This document shows, piece by piece, positions 1-9,196 of a stretch of DNA of 64,000 nucleotides (positions are counted from its first letter, which is position 1; each line of letters begins with the position of its first letter). Below the pieces are notes generated by a model. It worked only from the letters and a program-made list of their open reading frames with translations, made no database searches and was not told the origin of the DNA. Both the position numbers and the translations under genes were made by a program. This stretch comes from Cenarchaeum sp. (GTDB lineage: Archaea > Thermoproteota > Nitrososphaeria > Nitrososphaerales > Nitrosopumilaceae): positions 1,536,001-1,600,000 of the forward strand of contig OZ243037.1 of the NCBI GenBank assembly GCA_965212015.1, read 5' to 3'.

Positions 1-516
1 CTCGACGTGCTCCTTTTCTGCCACGGCAGGCGGCAGTCCCAGTATACCTGCCAGTCCGCCGCACAGCTTGTTGGCCGGATCCAGGGCTATCACACCGTTA
101 ATGTCCTTGATTGCCGCCGCCCTGCCGGCACTGACGGAGGATTTTACCATGTCCAGTATGTCATCCTTGTGGACGAGTTTTTTGTCGATTACGGTGTTTA
201 GTATCAGATCCAGGAACAGGCGGCGCTTTACGGGGTCGTTCTCGATGTTTCTTAGAAACCGCACCCCCACGCTGTCAAAGAGAATCTCGGCCAGCCTGCC
301 AGAGTTTGATATTTTCTGGGCGTCGTGGCCAGAAAACATGCCCAGAATGCTCGGGTTGACTCTGGACAGGATGGAGGATAGCTCTTCGATCTCCCACCAT
401 TCCCGGAATTTTTCAATGCACGATTCCTTTATGGTCTTTGCGCCGTCCTTTGGGTTTTTGGACATATCTGTCATGTCTGAGACGGGCGAATTTATTAACT
501 CTTCAGAGTGCGTCAT
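1..516 (-). CDS. Hypothetical protein, N-terminal part only (runs off the left edge; not in ORF track)
   Basis: Manual translation from ATG at 516 is open to position 1: MTHSEELINSPVSDMTDMSKNPKDGAKTIKESCIEKFREWWEIEELSSIL...GLAGILGLPPAVAEKEHVE. The + strand ORF 68..541 is its antisense shadow. Confidence 0.75.
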   Translation of the reverse strand, partial: MTHSEELINSPVSDMTDMSKNPKDGAKTIKESCIEKFREWWEIEELSSILSRVNPSILGMFSGHDAQKISNSGRLAEILFDSVGVRFLRNIENDPVKRRLFLDLILNTVIDKKLVHKDDILDMVKSSVSAGRAAAIKDINGVIALDPANKLCGGLAGILGLPPAVAEKEHVE

Positions 517-682
517 GTCTGCTCTGTGGATTCAGGTTTGAGGGGATTGATCGCAGTTTGAAGAGCCGGATCTAACTTGAGGATTTGGCCGTATTCGGAC
601 CCATTATTTTGGTTCAGACCTGCAGAATATGGCCCACACACGTGATGGATCATGTTTTTATAAATAGCGAACAATTAAACAA

Positions 683-970
683 GTGATGAAAATGAATGAA
701 GCGATTTTAAGCGATTTTATCGACATGATTTTGAAGCAAAATAGCGTCCAACCATACGCGATTTTTTTTGATAGTAATTATGGAGATGATGAGGACATGA
801 TCTGTAGTTTCTTCAGTTTTCTGGTATCTAGATGTATAATTAGATATGCTCCAAGATACGTCAGTCATGGAGTATATGTATTCTCAAACCCTGGACGTAT
901 TATCATGAAAGACAAGAAAAAAAGAAATAGCTTTCTTAAAGACTTTATGAATTTTTATGATTCGCCTTGA
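683..970 (+). CDS. Hypothetical protein (AT-rich)
   Basis: 95-aa ORF with TTTTATAAA about 20-25 nt upstream; co-oriented with the two downstream genes. Confidence 0.5.
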   Translation: MMKMNEAILSDFIDMILKQNSVQPYAIFFDSNYGDDEDMICSFFSFLVSRCIIRYAPRYVSHGVYVFSNPGRIIMKDKKKRNSFLKDFMNFYDSP

Positions 971-1009
971 TCACGTTAAGTTTTTATTCCTGTCCTGTAA
1001 TGTGATATT

Positions 1010-1663
1010 ATGACAATGACGAATCAAGAACTACTTCCAAATTCGATAGATTTGCTTTTAAGGCGATATTTCTACAGGGAAAAATCACAAGATAGCCAAA
1101 CAGATTATAAAACAAAAATTAAACAAGAAGCCATTTTTCCAATATTCGAAAATAAATCGAAGAATATTATCCAAGAATCTGACATAACAAAATTCATAGG
1201 ATGTTGTGAAATGTTCAAGACTTTTTATTCACATGAGCAGAATTTTGAAAAAACAACACGATTGTCTTTGGAAACATATGATATGTGCATCATGAAAATT
1301 GATCAATTTGGCATGTCAGAAGAAAATAAAAATGATTTACATCATATCCGAAATATATTAAAAGATTATACATCAAACATTGCATATATTTTTAATAGAA
1401 AGAAAAAACTTGAAAATATATTTGAGCGATTTGATTATGAGGATTTTAAAAAATCCCTTTATGGCAGCTTGCTTGTTTTTATTTGTGCAATGATTATAAT
1501 ATCAGAACCATCTAGGAAGATTGATCCTGATATTCTAACACATTTAATAAAAAAAGGAATTGTTTTTGCAACTGATCTTAATTCCTATGTAGATACAATT
1601 GATATTCTAACAAATCCTGAAGAATTAGCACTTTTAGAAGAGTCAGAGTCAGATGTAAAGTGA
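1010..1663 (+). CDS. Putative antitoxin, unusually long, partner of downstream RelE
   Basis: C-terminus DTIDILTNPEELALLEESESDVK resembles the acidic toxin-binding tail of RelB/Phd-YefM antitoxins; ends 4 nt before the toxin. Confidence 0.55.
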   Translation: MTMTNQELLPNSIDLLLRRYFYREKSQDSQTDYKTKIKQEAIFPIFENKSKNIIQESDITKFIGCCEMFKTFYSHEQNFEKTTRLSLETYDMCIMKIDQFGMSEENKNDLHHIRNILKDYTSNIAYIFNRKKKLENIFERFDYEDFKKSLYGSLLVFICAMIIISEPSRKIDPDILTHLIKKGIVFATDLNSYVDTIDILTNPEELALLEESESDVK

Positions 1664-1667
1664 TATA

Positions 1668-1958
1668 ATGCAGGATGAAGAAATTTTCAAATTGAATCCT
1701 ACAAGACAATATGAAAAATGTAGGAAAAAATTAGATGATCATCTTATAACTGATTTAGATAACAAATTAGTTGAACTTGTAAAAAAACCAGATTCCACAT
1801 TAGCAACACCTCTTAAAGGTAATCTTTCTGGGAGATATGCAATAAGATTTGGTAAAAATACTCATAGATTGATAATCAGGATCAAATGGAATTCCAAATC
1901 TATCATATTACTTTATTTGGCTGCTCGAGCTGTCGTGTATAACGGAAAAATGTGGTAA
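1668..1958 (+). CDS. relE: Type II toxin, RelE/ParE family
   Basis: 96-aa basic protein with PLKGNLSGRYAIRFG...HRLII and C-terminal ARAVVY, the typical RelE pattern. Confidence 0.85.
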   Translation: MQDEEIFKLNPTRQYEKCRKKLDDHLITDLDNKLVELVKKPDSTLATPLKGNLSGRYAIRFGKNTHRLIIRIKWNSKSIILLYLAARAVVYNGKMW

Positions 1959-2016
1959 AATATAATTATAAGTCATTGTTTTGTCAACCCAATAAACCCA
2001 ACGAGAAATAAACGTA

Positions 2017-2319
2017 TTGTCTCCAATACATAATTTAAATTGGTATTTTGGAAGAGACATCCAAGTATATCAAGAGGCATCAGGATCCCTAAATATCAAA
2101 AAGATAGGGAGGTTTGTTTCATACATACTTGCAAGATCAGAATCCACCAATATAGAATACTGTATGCAGCACAATATAAGGAAAAATGGCCTGAGCAAAT
2201 TCAAGACAGATTTCATGCTTGATGAAAAGCATTATTCTATCTTACTAGATAGATGGAAGTCCCTCTTGGAAATTAACGGCGACATGGTAAAAGTGACTTC
2301 AAAACAGATACAGGATTAG
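2017..2319 (+). CDS. Hypothetical protein, possibly a gene fragment
   Basis: 100-aa AT-rich ORF with a TTG start and no recognised motif. Confidence 0.35.
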   Translation: MSPIHNLNWYFGRDIQVYQEASGSLNIKKIGRFVSYILARSESTNIEYCMQHNIRKNGLSKFKTDFMLDEKHYSILLDRWKSLLEINGDMVKVTSKQIQD

Positions 2320-2620
2320 GATCATTGCTACTGGAGCAGACATCAGAGTATGCCAAACGACTGGCATCACGGGAAAACTGCCTAAAATCTGACGATCCAA
2401 ATCCTTTCCGCGCCGTCCAGAGACTGCTTTTTGCCAGATATTGGACATGGTCGACGGCCCACCAATAGCCATTCCATTGATGTCTGCATCAATTTGACCA
2501 AATCATAGTCTCGTTCAGAGGATTTCGCCGTATGCTGAAAGATGAGAAATACTGTAAATTGGACTAATTTCGCAGTAAAAAGGCGATCCAGTTATATATT
2601 TCATGTATAATTTGTGATAT

Positions 2621-3463
2621 ATGTATGTCACAAAACCTACACAGAATATACGCAAGGGACTATCAGACAGGGAGGCCATGACGTTGTGCAGTCTGGCCAC
2701 AAAAGGCAAGTCCATCATAAGATACGATGACATCATAAATGTCACACAGATATCCTATCAAAACGCAAGAAAGATGGCACAGATACTGTGCAAAAAGAAA
2801 TGGCTCATACCGGTATCGGCCGGCAAGTATCTAATCTCGCCGCTTGATGCGGGATTGGAATCCGAGTATACGGAGCACGAGTTTATCATAGCGTCCCATC
2901 TTGCCGGCAAGAGGCCGTCATATATCGCATACTGGACTGCATTGAATCATTACGGGTATACGGAGCAGCTTCCACTTGTAGTCATGTCTGCTACCACGTC
3001 CAGAATGCCAAATACCGTCGTACATGGGGTAAGATACGAATTTGTCACCATAACCGGGACAAAATTCTTTGGTACGAGTAATCTTTTCATAGATAACCAC
3101 AAGATATTGATCTCCGACAAGGAAAAAACAATGGTCGATGCGCTGGATCATCCCGAATATTGCGGCGGTATACAAGAGGTGGCAAAATGCCTGTGGAATG
3201 CAAGGGACGAACTATTATTTGAAAAGATGATAACATACTCAAAACAGGCAAAAAACAGCACCGTTATCAAAAGGTTGGGATATCTGGTTGATCTTTTTGA
3301 TATGAAAATTCCGGATCACCTGTATCATAAAATGCGTAATATGATTGGTGCGGGATATTCCCAGTTTAACCCCTTTTACATAACGAGCAGAAAAACAAAC
3401 TCCAAATGGAAATTATATGTGAACGTTCCTGAAAATCAACTATTTGAGGAAATCAACAGGTGA
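2621..3463 (+). CDS. abiEi: Type IV TA antitoxin / transcriptional regulator, AbiEi family
   Basis: N-terminal wHTH (LCKKKWLIPVSAGKY), YIAYWTALNHYG, SDKEKTMVDALDHPEYCGG, KRLGYL. Confidence 0.9.
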   Translation: MYVTKPTQNIRKGLSDREAMTLCSLATKGKSIIRYDDIINVTQISYQNARKMAQILCKKKWLIPVSAGKYLISPLDAGLESEYTEHEFIIASHLAGKRPSYIAYWTALNHYGYTEQLPLVVMSATTSRMPNTVVHGVRYEFVTITGTKFFGTSNLFIDNHKILISDKEKTMVDALDHPEYCGGIQEVAKCLWNARDELLFEKMITYSKQAKNSTVIKRLGYLVDLFDMKIPDHLYHKMRNMIGAGYSQFNPFYITSRKTNSKWKLYVNVPENQLFEEINR

Positions 3464-4272
3464 TTGAGTTCCTTACAAAAAAACAAGTACAAATATTGGC
3501 AAAACAAAGGGAAAAATCTGCGGGTGTAATTGAAAAGGACTATGCAATGGAATGGCTTTTATATGGAATTTATCACGCGGATTCAAAAATCAAGGATGGC
3601 GTGATCTTCAAGGGTGGAACCGCATTAAATAAGGTATTCTATCCCAACACATGGAGATTGTCTGAGGATTTAGATTTTACTATATTGCCAGATACCGATG
3701 TTAAAGCCATAATGTCCGGATTTAACAAAGTTTGTGAAATGCTGGAAAAGAAAAGTGGGATCAGATATGAGGCCAATATGAATGCGTCAAGCAGCCAAAG
3801 AGCAATATTTGGATCCATTCATTTTACAGGTCCGTTGAACATGAAAAATAAGATAGAAGTCGATATATCGCTGATCGAAAAAATGGCAGATCCCGCCTCA
3901 ACACAGACCGTGACTGCATCCTACGAGGATCTAGAAAATTTTACGGTAAACTCTTATACAATCAACGAGATATTGTCCGAAAAGATTCGCAGCACGATGC
4001 AGCGCATAAAGGCGAGGGACTATTATGACGTATGGAGAATGCTCGAGAAAGGACACGGTTTTGACACGGAGCTGATCGGATGCATGGTAAGGCAGAAATG
4101 CACAATAAACGAGATAGAATATGACCCGGCAAAAATCCTCGATCCCGTCAACGTGCACGAATTAAAGAAATACTGGCAAAGGGGACTGGGACGACTAGTA
4201 GAGAAAATCCCTGATCCGGATGCGGTTTTTGGCGATCTGCAAAGGATGCTCGCATTCCTGCCTGCAAGATAA
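3460..4272 (+). CDS. abiEii: Type IV TA toxin, AbiEii nucleotidyltransferase
   Basis: IEKDY, FKGGTAL, RLSEDLDF, EK...R.KARDYYD; GTGA overlap with abiEi. Confidence 0.93.
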   Translation: MIEFLTKKQVQILAKQREKSAGVIEKDYAMEWLLYGIYHADSKIKDGVIFKGGTALNKVFYPNTWRLSEDLDFTILPDTDVKAIMSGFNKVCEMLEKKSGIRYEANMNASSSQRAIFGSIHFTGPLNMKNKIEVDISLIEKMADPASTQTVTASYEDLENFTVNSYTINEILSEKIRSTMQRIKARDYYDVWRMLEKGHGFDTELIGCMVRQKCTINEIEYDPAKILDPVNVHELKKYWQRGLGRLVEKIPDPDAVFGDLQRMLAFLPAR

Positions 4273-4353
4273 AACGGGCCAATTCCGCCCCATCACGCCT
4301 GTATGCGCAGAGTATTTGTTAGCTTTTTAACAAACGGCATCATACAGAACAGA

Positions 4354-5133
4354 ATGAAACGCGGCGCAAAAATTGGCAAAAACACCACCATATCCAAATC
4401 CGTGACCATGCAGGACGGCGTAACCATCGGCGATAATGTCATCCTGGAGGGAAAGATCACGGTGGGCTCTGGAACCAGAATAGACCACGGCGTGATAATC
4501 CGCGGCACCGTGACAATGGGCAAGAACAACTGGATATACCCGTACTGTATAATGGGAACTGGACCCCTCCACATATCACACAAGGAAAAAGACATCCGTT
4601 CATCCATTAAAAAAAACCGCACAATTAAAATTGGAAACAATAATGTGATACGCGAATACACCTCGGTGCACCTGCCGATAACAAGACGCACCGTCATCGG
4701 CTCGGATTGTTACATAATGCCGTATTGCCACGTATCGCACGACTGCATCCTGCACGACGGTATAATACTCTCAAACAATACGATGCTTGGCGGCCACGTG
4801 GAGATATTTGAGCATGCAAACATTGGCTATGGCAACAACATACACCAGTATCGCAAGATCGGGGCATACTCGATGCTTGGAATGGGGGGAACAATAGTAA
4901 AGGACGTGCCACCGTTTGCACTCATAAACGGGCAGAAATTCACAAGGATAAACGATACGGGACTGCGGCGCAACAAGATAAAAAAGACAGAGATTGAAAA
5001 AATCAGGATCATACACGAGAACGGCCTTCCGCCAAAGGCCCCCAGGACATGGTACGAAAAAGAGATTGCACGATTTATGAAATCCTCAAAGAAACACTAT
5101 CTGCCGGCATTCGGCCCCACAAACGCAAAATAA
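4354..5133 (+). CDS. LpxA-like UDP-N-acetylglucosamine acyltransferase (left-handed beta-helix)
   Basis: Hexapeptide repeats plus IGNNNVIREY, CHVSHDC, IHQY, KDVPPF and a helical C-terminus (GLRRN). ATG 4354 chosen for the TTTTTAA about 25 nt upstream. Confidence 0.85.
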   Translation: MKRGAKIGKNTTISKSVTMQDGVTIGDNVILEGKITVGSGTRIDHGVIIRGTVTMGKNNWIYPYCIMGTGPLHISHKEKDIRSSIKKNRTIKIGNNNVIREYTSVHLPITRRTVIGSDCYIMPYCHVSHDCILHDGIILSNNTMLGGHVEIFEHANIGYGNNIHQYRKIGAYSMLGMGGTIVKDVPPFALINGQKFTRINDTGLRRNKIKKTEIEKIRIIHENGLPPKAPRTWYEKEIARFMKSSKKHYLPAFGPTNAK

Positions 5134-5141
5134 CCACGCGC

Positions 5142-6227
5142 CTATCCCTTAAAGAATTTTTTGACCGTCCGTATTACCCTGTCGTGCTGCCTGTCTGTCA
5201 TTGAGGGAAACATTGGCAGGGACAGTATGTTCCTGGATAGGTCATTAGTGACTGGCAGCCTTGCAGAGTTGAATCTCTTGTACATGGGCTGTTTGTGGAT
5301 TGGAATCGAGTAAAACACCGCAGAATCCACCCCGTTTTCTAGCAGATGCGCCCTTAGCTTGTCCCTGTATTCCGTCCGGATGCTGTACTGGTGGTACACG
5401 TGGTGCGCCCATTTCTCCTCTACAGGCGTGCCCACAAATTCGGCAAGCTCTTTTGTGTATCTTTTTGCGATTCTCCGGCGAAGCCGGTTGTTTTTTCCCA
5501 GCTTCCCCAGCCGTGCGGAGCCGATTCCGGCCTGAATCTCATCAAGCCTGAAATTATACCCAAGAATGTCGTGGACGTACCGTGCAGTCTGGCCGTGATC
5601 GCGCAGGATTTTCACGCGCTCCCAGACGGGCCTTTTGTCGGTGGTGATCATTCCGCCGTCCCCGCAGACTGTGAGGTTTTTGGACGGATAAAAGCTAAAA
5701 CACGCAGCATCGCCCAGCCCGCCTACCGGCCTGCCAAAACACTCTGCGCCGTGGGCCTGCGCGGCATCCTCTATTACGGGTATCGCGCTCTTTCTTGCAA
5801 TCCTGGTTATCTGTCTCATGTCTGCCGGATGGCCAAACAGGTGCACCGGGACTATGGCCCTGGTCTTGCGCGAGATCTTTTCGCCGATTTTGGCGGGATC
5901 AATGGTATAGTTTTCCGGATTCACGTCTGCAAACACCGGCACGGCCCCGCACATGCTCACACTTGACGCAGTCGCGACAAAGGAGAACGACGGGACAATC
6001 ACCTCGTCGCCCCTTTTGACGCCAAGTCCCAGGAGCGCCATGAACAGGGCAGACGTCCCCGAGCTGCACGATGCGGCATATTTCGTGCCGCAAAGACTTG
6101 CAAATTTTTCCTCAAAGACTACTGCGCGTGGGCCGCCGACCCACCGTCCGGATTTTACCGCCGACACTGCGGCACTTATCGTGCCCCCATCAATGTCCAT
6201 CTTTGTCACGGGAATTTTCTTGTTCAT
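5142..6227 (-). CDS. DegT/DnrJ/EryC1/StrS PLP aminotransferase (WbpE/GnnB-like)
   Basis: SSGTSAL, PVHLFG, EDAAQAHGA, FSFYPSKNL. Probable start MNKK at 6227 overlaps the upstream stop (ATGA). Confidence 0.92.
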   Translation of the reverse strand: MNKKIPVTKMDIDGGTISAAVSAVKSGRWVGGPRAVVFEEKFASLCGTKYAASCSSGTSALFMALLGLGVKRGDEVIVPSFSFVATASSVSMCGAVPVFADVNPENYTIDPAKIGEKISRKTRAIVPVHLFGHPADMRQITRIARKSAIPVIEDAAQAHGAECFGRPVGGLGDAACFSFYPSKNLTVCGDGGMITTDKRPVWERVKILRDHGQTARYVHDILGYNFRLDEIQAGIGSARLGKLGKNNRLRRRIAKRYTKELAEFVGTPVEEKWAHHVYHQYSIRTEYRDKLRAHLLENGVDSAVFYSIPIHKQPMYKRFNSARLPVTNDLSRNILSLPMFPSMTDRQHDRVIRTVKKFFKG

Positions 6228-7156
6228 TTCAAATCCAGGTATATTGGCGTGCCCTTTTGGCTTGATAAAAGTGCCGCCTCTGCTATCCTTGTGACGTTTA
6301 CTGCGTGCTGCGGCGTGACGACGAGTTCGTTTCTTCCCTCCACTGCGCCAATAAAGCTCTGAATCTCCAGCAGCAACGGCTCCTGCCTCTTGTACTCGGG
6401 GATTGTCGTCTTGTCTGACTGCTTGATTCTTACCTCTTGTGATATAAAGTCCGACGAGAGTATGCCGTCCGTACATATTGCATCAAACGTGCGGATTCTG
6501 CCCGGGGTTATCCAGTTGGAGGATATTACGGCCATCCTGTTGCCGGCAAATCCCAGCATTATCGAGGCGAAATCCTCGTGGGTGTGCCTTATCTGTCCGG
6601 CACGCGCAAAGACCATCTCTGGCGTGCCGTCAAAGAGCCACATGGCAGTGTCAATGTCGTGGACCGACGTGTCATAGATTATTCCGACGTCCTGTATGTG
6701 GAGGGGCATCCTGTTTTCCCGGTGAAAATCAAGCATTATCAGCTTGCCGTATGTGCCGGAGTTTATGAGCTGCCTTACCCTGTCGACTGCCGGATTGAAC
6801 CGCTCAATGTACCCGCATGTCAGCAGGACGCCGTTTTTTCTGGCAAGGCCAAGCAGGGCGTCGCCGTCTTTTGACAGATACGTCATTGGCTTTTCAACAA
6901 AGACGTGTTTTTTTGCGCCAATCAGCCTGGAGGCAATCTCTGAATGGGTGGAGGTGGGCGTGCAAATGACGGCCGCATCATACTCCGAGTCCGGCATGTC
7001 GTCTAGCTTGGTATAGTGCGGGACTGAATATTTCTCCCCGTATTTTGCGCTAGTCCGGGGGTCGGCATCGCACACTGCTGCCAGCACGCCGAGCTGCGAG
7101 AGTATTCTTGCGTGGTTTTTGCCCCATCCGCCTGCCCCTATCTGGGCTATCCTCAT
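6224..7156 (-). CDS. Gfo/Idh/MocA NAD-dependent oxidoreductase (WbpB/GnnA-like)
   Basis: IGAGGWGKNHAR, HVFVEKP, ERFNP, DTSVHDID. Confidence 0.92.
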   Translation of the reverse strand: MRIAQIGAGGWGKNHARILSQLGVLAAVCDADPRTSAKYGEKYSVPHYTKLDDMPDSEYDAAVICTPTSTHSEIASRLIGAKKHVFVEKPMTYLSKDGDALLGLARKNGVLLTCGYIERFNPAVDRVRQLINSGTYGKLIMLDFHRENRMPLHIQDVGIIYDTSVHDIDTAMWLFDGTPEMVFARAGQIRHTHEDFASIMLGFAGNRMAVISSNWITPGRIRTFDAICTDGILSSDFISQEVRIKQSDKTTIPEYKRQEPLLLEIQSFIGAVEGRNELVVTPQHAVNVTRIAEAALLSSQKGTPIYLDLK

Positions 7157-7418
7157 CGGTGCTCCTCCGGCATGTTCATCTCACACGTGTGGCCTTTGGC
7201 GCCAATTTTAATCATATAGATACGTGTTTTTCGCACATTTTTTAACAATAGGCGGTCATTTCTGGTACAATTCACGCCTGTTATGACTTTATCGATTACA
7301 TTTTCGCCAAAACCTGGGGTTTTCCGATCCGACAGATCGGGCAATTCGGCTGGAATCATGGCAGGGTGGATTGTGAAAAAACACATGTTTTAGTACAAAT
7401 TAAACCTCAAAATTCAAC

Positions 7419-7622
7419 CTATGGGTTGCCTCTGTCTCTATGCACATCGCCCTGTCTGGCATAACTTATCTTGTGGGCAACGACATTTGGATCGCTATTC
7501 TTCATAATTTTTTCACACACGTCATCAAGTAGATTCCTCACCTTAGTTTCAGTATCACTCTCTACTTCGATTTCTAATCCCTTGGGGAACTTGACACTAA
7601 TTCGATTTGTCATACTGAGCAT
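7419..7622 (-). CDS. Small hypothetical protein
   Basis: 67-aa ORF with protein-like composition and an AT-rich upstream region. Confidence 0.45.
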   Translation of the reverse strand: MLSMTNRISVKFPKGLEIEVESDTETKVRNLLDDVCEKIMKNSDPNVVAHKISYARQGDVHRDRGNP

Positions 7623-7890
7623 CAGAATTTCTCTTATTAAAACTTATCCTTCAAATTAGCGTAATCGGTTAGGTTCAAGAGGATGTTTGGATCAACAGGC
7701 ACGGGATCTAATCGGTTACAAATTAGCATTCATCGATCAAAATCACACAGAAATGGGTACTGCCAACACATCCGGATAAGGATTCCTCCCAATTCAATTC
7801 CAACCCTCGGAATCACTATACCCATGCCTCTACAAACAGGCTCTATTGAAATTAACGCATATTTGGTAGAATTCATAGCTTTTCCTGTTT

Positions 7891-8394
7891 TCACATGTAT
7901 GAATTTAGGAGTGATGGAAATGAATTTTCGATGAATGTTGCTACAACAAAGGTTATTAAAAAAACTAGACCGGTGGATAAGCAATACATTGCTCGTTCAA
8001 CCCTTTTTGTTCTTTCATTATATTTTTCATCAATGACTTTTATGGATATACCATACTGCTTTATCATTGACAACATTATTTCTTTTTCTTTACCCTCCAA
8101 ATCCATATCATCACTGATTTCTACTGATATTTCTTTTAGTTGTTTTCTGGTTGTTGCCATGACACCGAACACTATGGAGGAAGTAATCTATATTGCAGAG
8201 GTTATTAACATAAAGGAAGATAATTTGTTTGTGGAAAAATCCAATGAGACCACTCCTATTACGATGATGGATAATATCAGGCCATTTAGCTGTAAAAAAT
8301 TATGGGATTTGGAGTCTAGCTCAGACCAAGAGTTCAAATGCCTGGTGTATTGAGCTTTTACTTCCTCCAAAAGTATCTCTTCACTCGTCTTCAT
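7891..8394 (-). pseudogene. 3-TM membrane protein interrupted by an in-frame TAG at 8188-8190
   Basis: ORFs 8188..8445 and 7891..8172 share a frame; the sequence reads ...ITSAI*ITSSIVFGVM... through one hydrophobic helix. Confidence 0.7.
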
Positions 8395-8485
8395 CCGGCT
8401 TTGCCTTTTTTTCCTTTTCTTCCTTGAAGATCGGTCGAGTGCCAATAATTACGCCTTTAGCGGGTCTGTCCTCGTCATCTGACAT
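8381..8485 (-). CDS. 34-aa charged peptide (below ORF track cutoff)
   Basis: MSDDEDRPAKGVIIGTRPIFKEEKEKKAKPDEDE; AT-rich TTAAATAA upstream; overlaps the start of the TM gene. Confidence 0.45.
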   Translation of the reverse strand: MSDDEDRPAKGVIIGTRPIFKEEKEKKAKPDEDE

Positions 8486-8540
8486 GTATTATTTAGGTTG
8501 ATGTGGTTATTTAATGTGATCTAAGTCATATCGGCAGAAT

Positions 8541-8596
8541 CCTCCCTCTCTGGGGCTCTATCGGGCAGGGAATGAACTATTTTTTGGACAAGATAA
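8541..8596. repeat. Degenerate dispersed repeat, copy A
   Basis: CCCTCTCTGGGGCTCTATCGGGCAGGGAATGAACTATTTTTTGGACAAGATAA aligns to 31754-31804. Confidence 0.7.
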
Positions 8597-8626
8597 TATT
8601 AGAACCGTAATGCGCACCAAATACAG

Positions 8627-9196
8627 GTGTGTTTTTATCCAATATGGTCCGGAAATCGGCATTTCGGGATGGCGCGAAACCGAAAATTTAACAGGAGGTG
8701 GAGCTTTTGCCATACGGAGAAAGGCATGCTGGCGCCATTTATCAAGTATCTGGAAAAGAACAATCTGGTCGAGTTTGACATACTGGAGGATACCGAAGAG
8801 TGCCTTCAAAACCGGCTCAAGATTCAAAAGTACGCCTTTTTGGCAAAGCATTTCGGACTGGATCTTCCTTTCAAGCACGAGATATACCTGTACGGGCCGT
8901 ACTCTACCTCCCTGACGGAAAAATTCTATGAACTGGCGGAAAATCCAGAGTTGTATGATGCCACAGAACAGCTACAAACATCCTTTCAAAGTCAGGATTT
9001 TCTCGGATTGGTTCAAGGCAAGGATCTGGATTGGCTGGAAACTGCCACGACAATGATGGCCAGAAACAAGGACATTAAGGAAAGGGATGCCCTTGTAGAG
9101 AACATAGAATACATCAAGGGTGGGTTTTCACAAGAGTTTATCACGGACGTATTGGTCGACTTGGAAGATAGAAATCTGCTCAAACTTTATGACTGA
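8627..9196 (+). CDS. YwgA/SocA/Panacea (DUF4065-like) family protein
   Basis: RLKIQKYAFL...YLYGPYSTSL and WLETATT motifs; true start may be downstream (e.g. 8726). Confidence 0.7.
   Translation: MCFYPIWSGNRHFGMARNRKFNRRWSFCHTEKGMLAPFIKYLEKNNLVEFDILEDTEECLQNRLKIQKYAFLAKHFGLDLPFKHEIYLYGPYSTSLTEKFYELAENPELYDATEQLQTSFQSQDFLGLVQGKDLDWLETATTMMARNKDIKERDALVENIEYIKGGFSQEFITDVLVDLEDRNLLKLYD

Noticed and set aside
68-541. 157-aa plus-strand ORF
   Set aside because: Antisense shadow of the minus-strand gene 1..516.
6228-6476. Long N-terminal extensions in the ORF track (DegT here; likewise egtB, purE, PAC2, cofE, EVE)
   Set aside because: They overlap neighbouring genes or lack family-like sequence; internal starts were used.
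8188-8190. Pyrrolysine or other programmed read-through of TAG
   Set aside because: No pyl genes or suppressor tRNA in the window; many core genes here end in TAG; a nonsense mutation is simpler.
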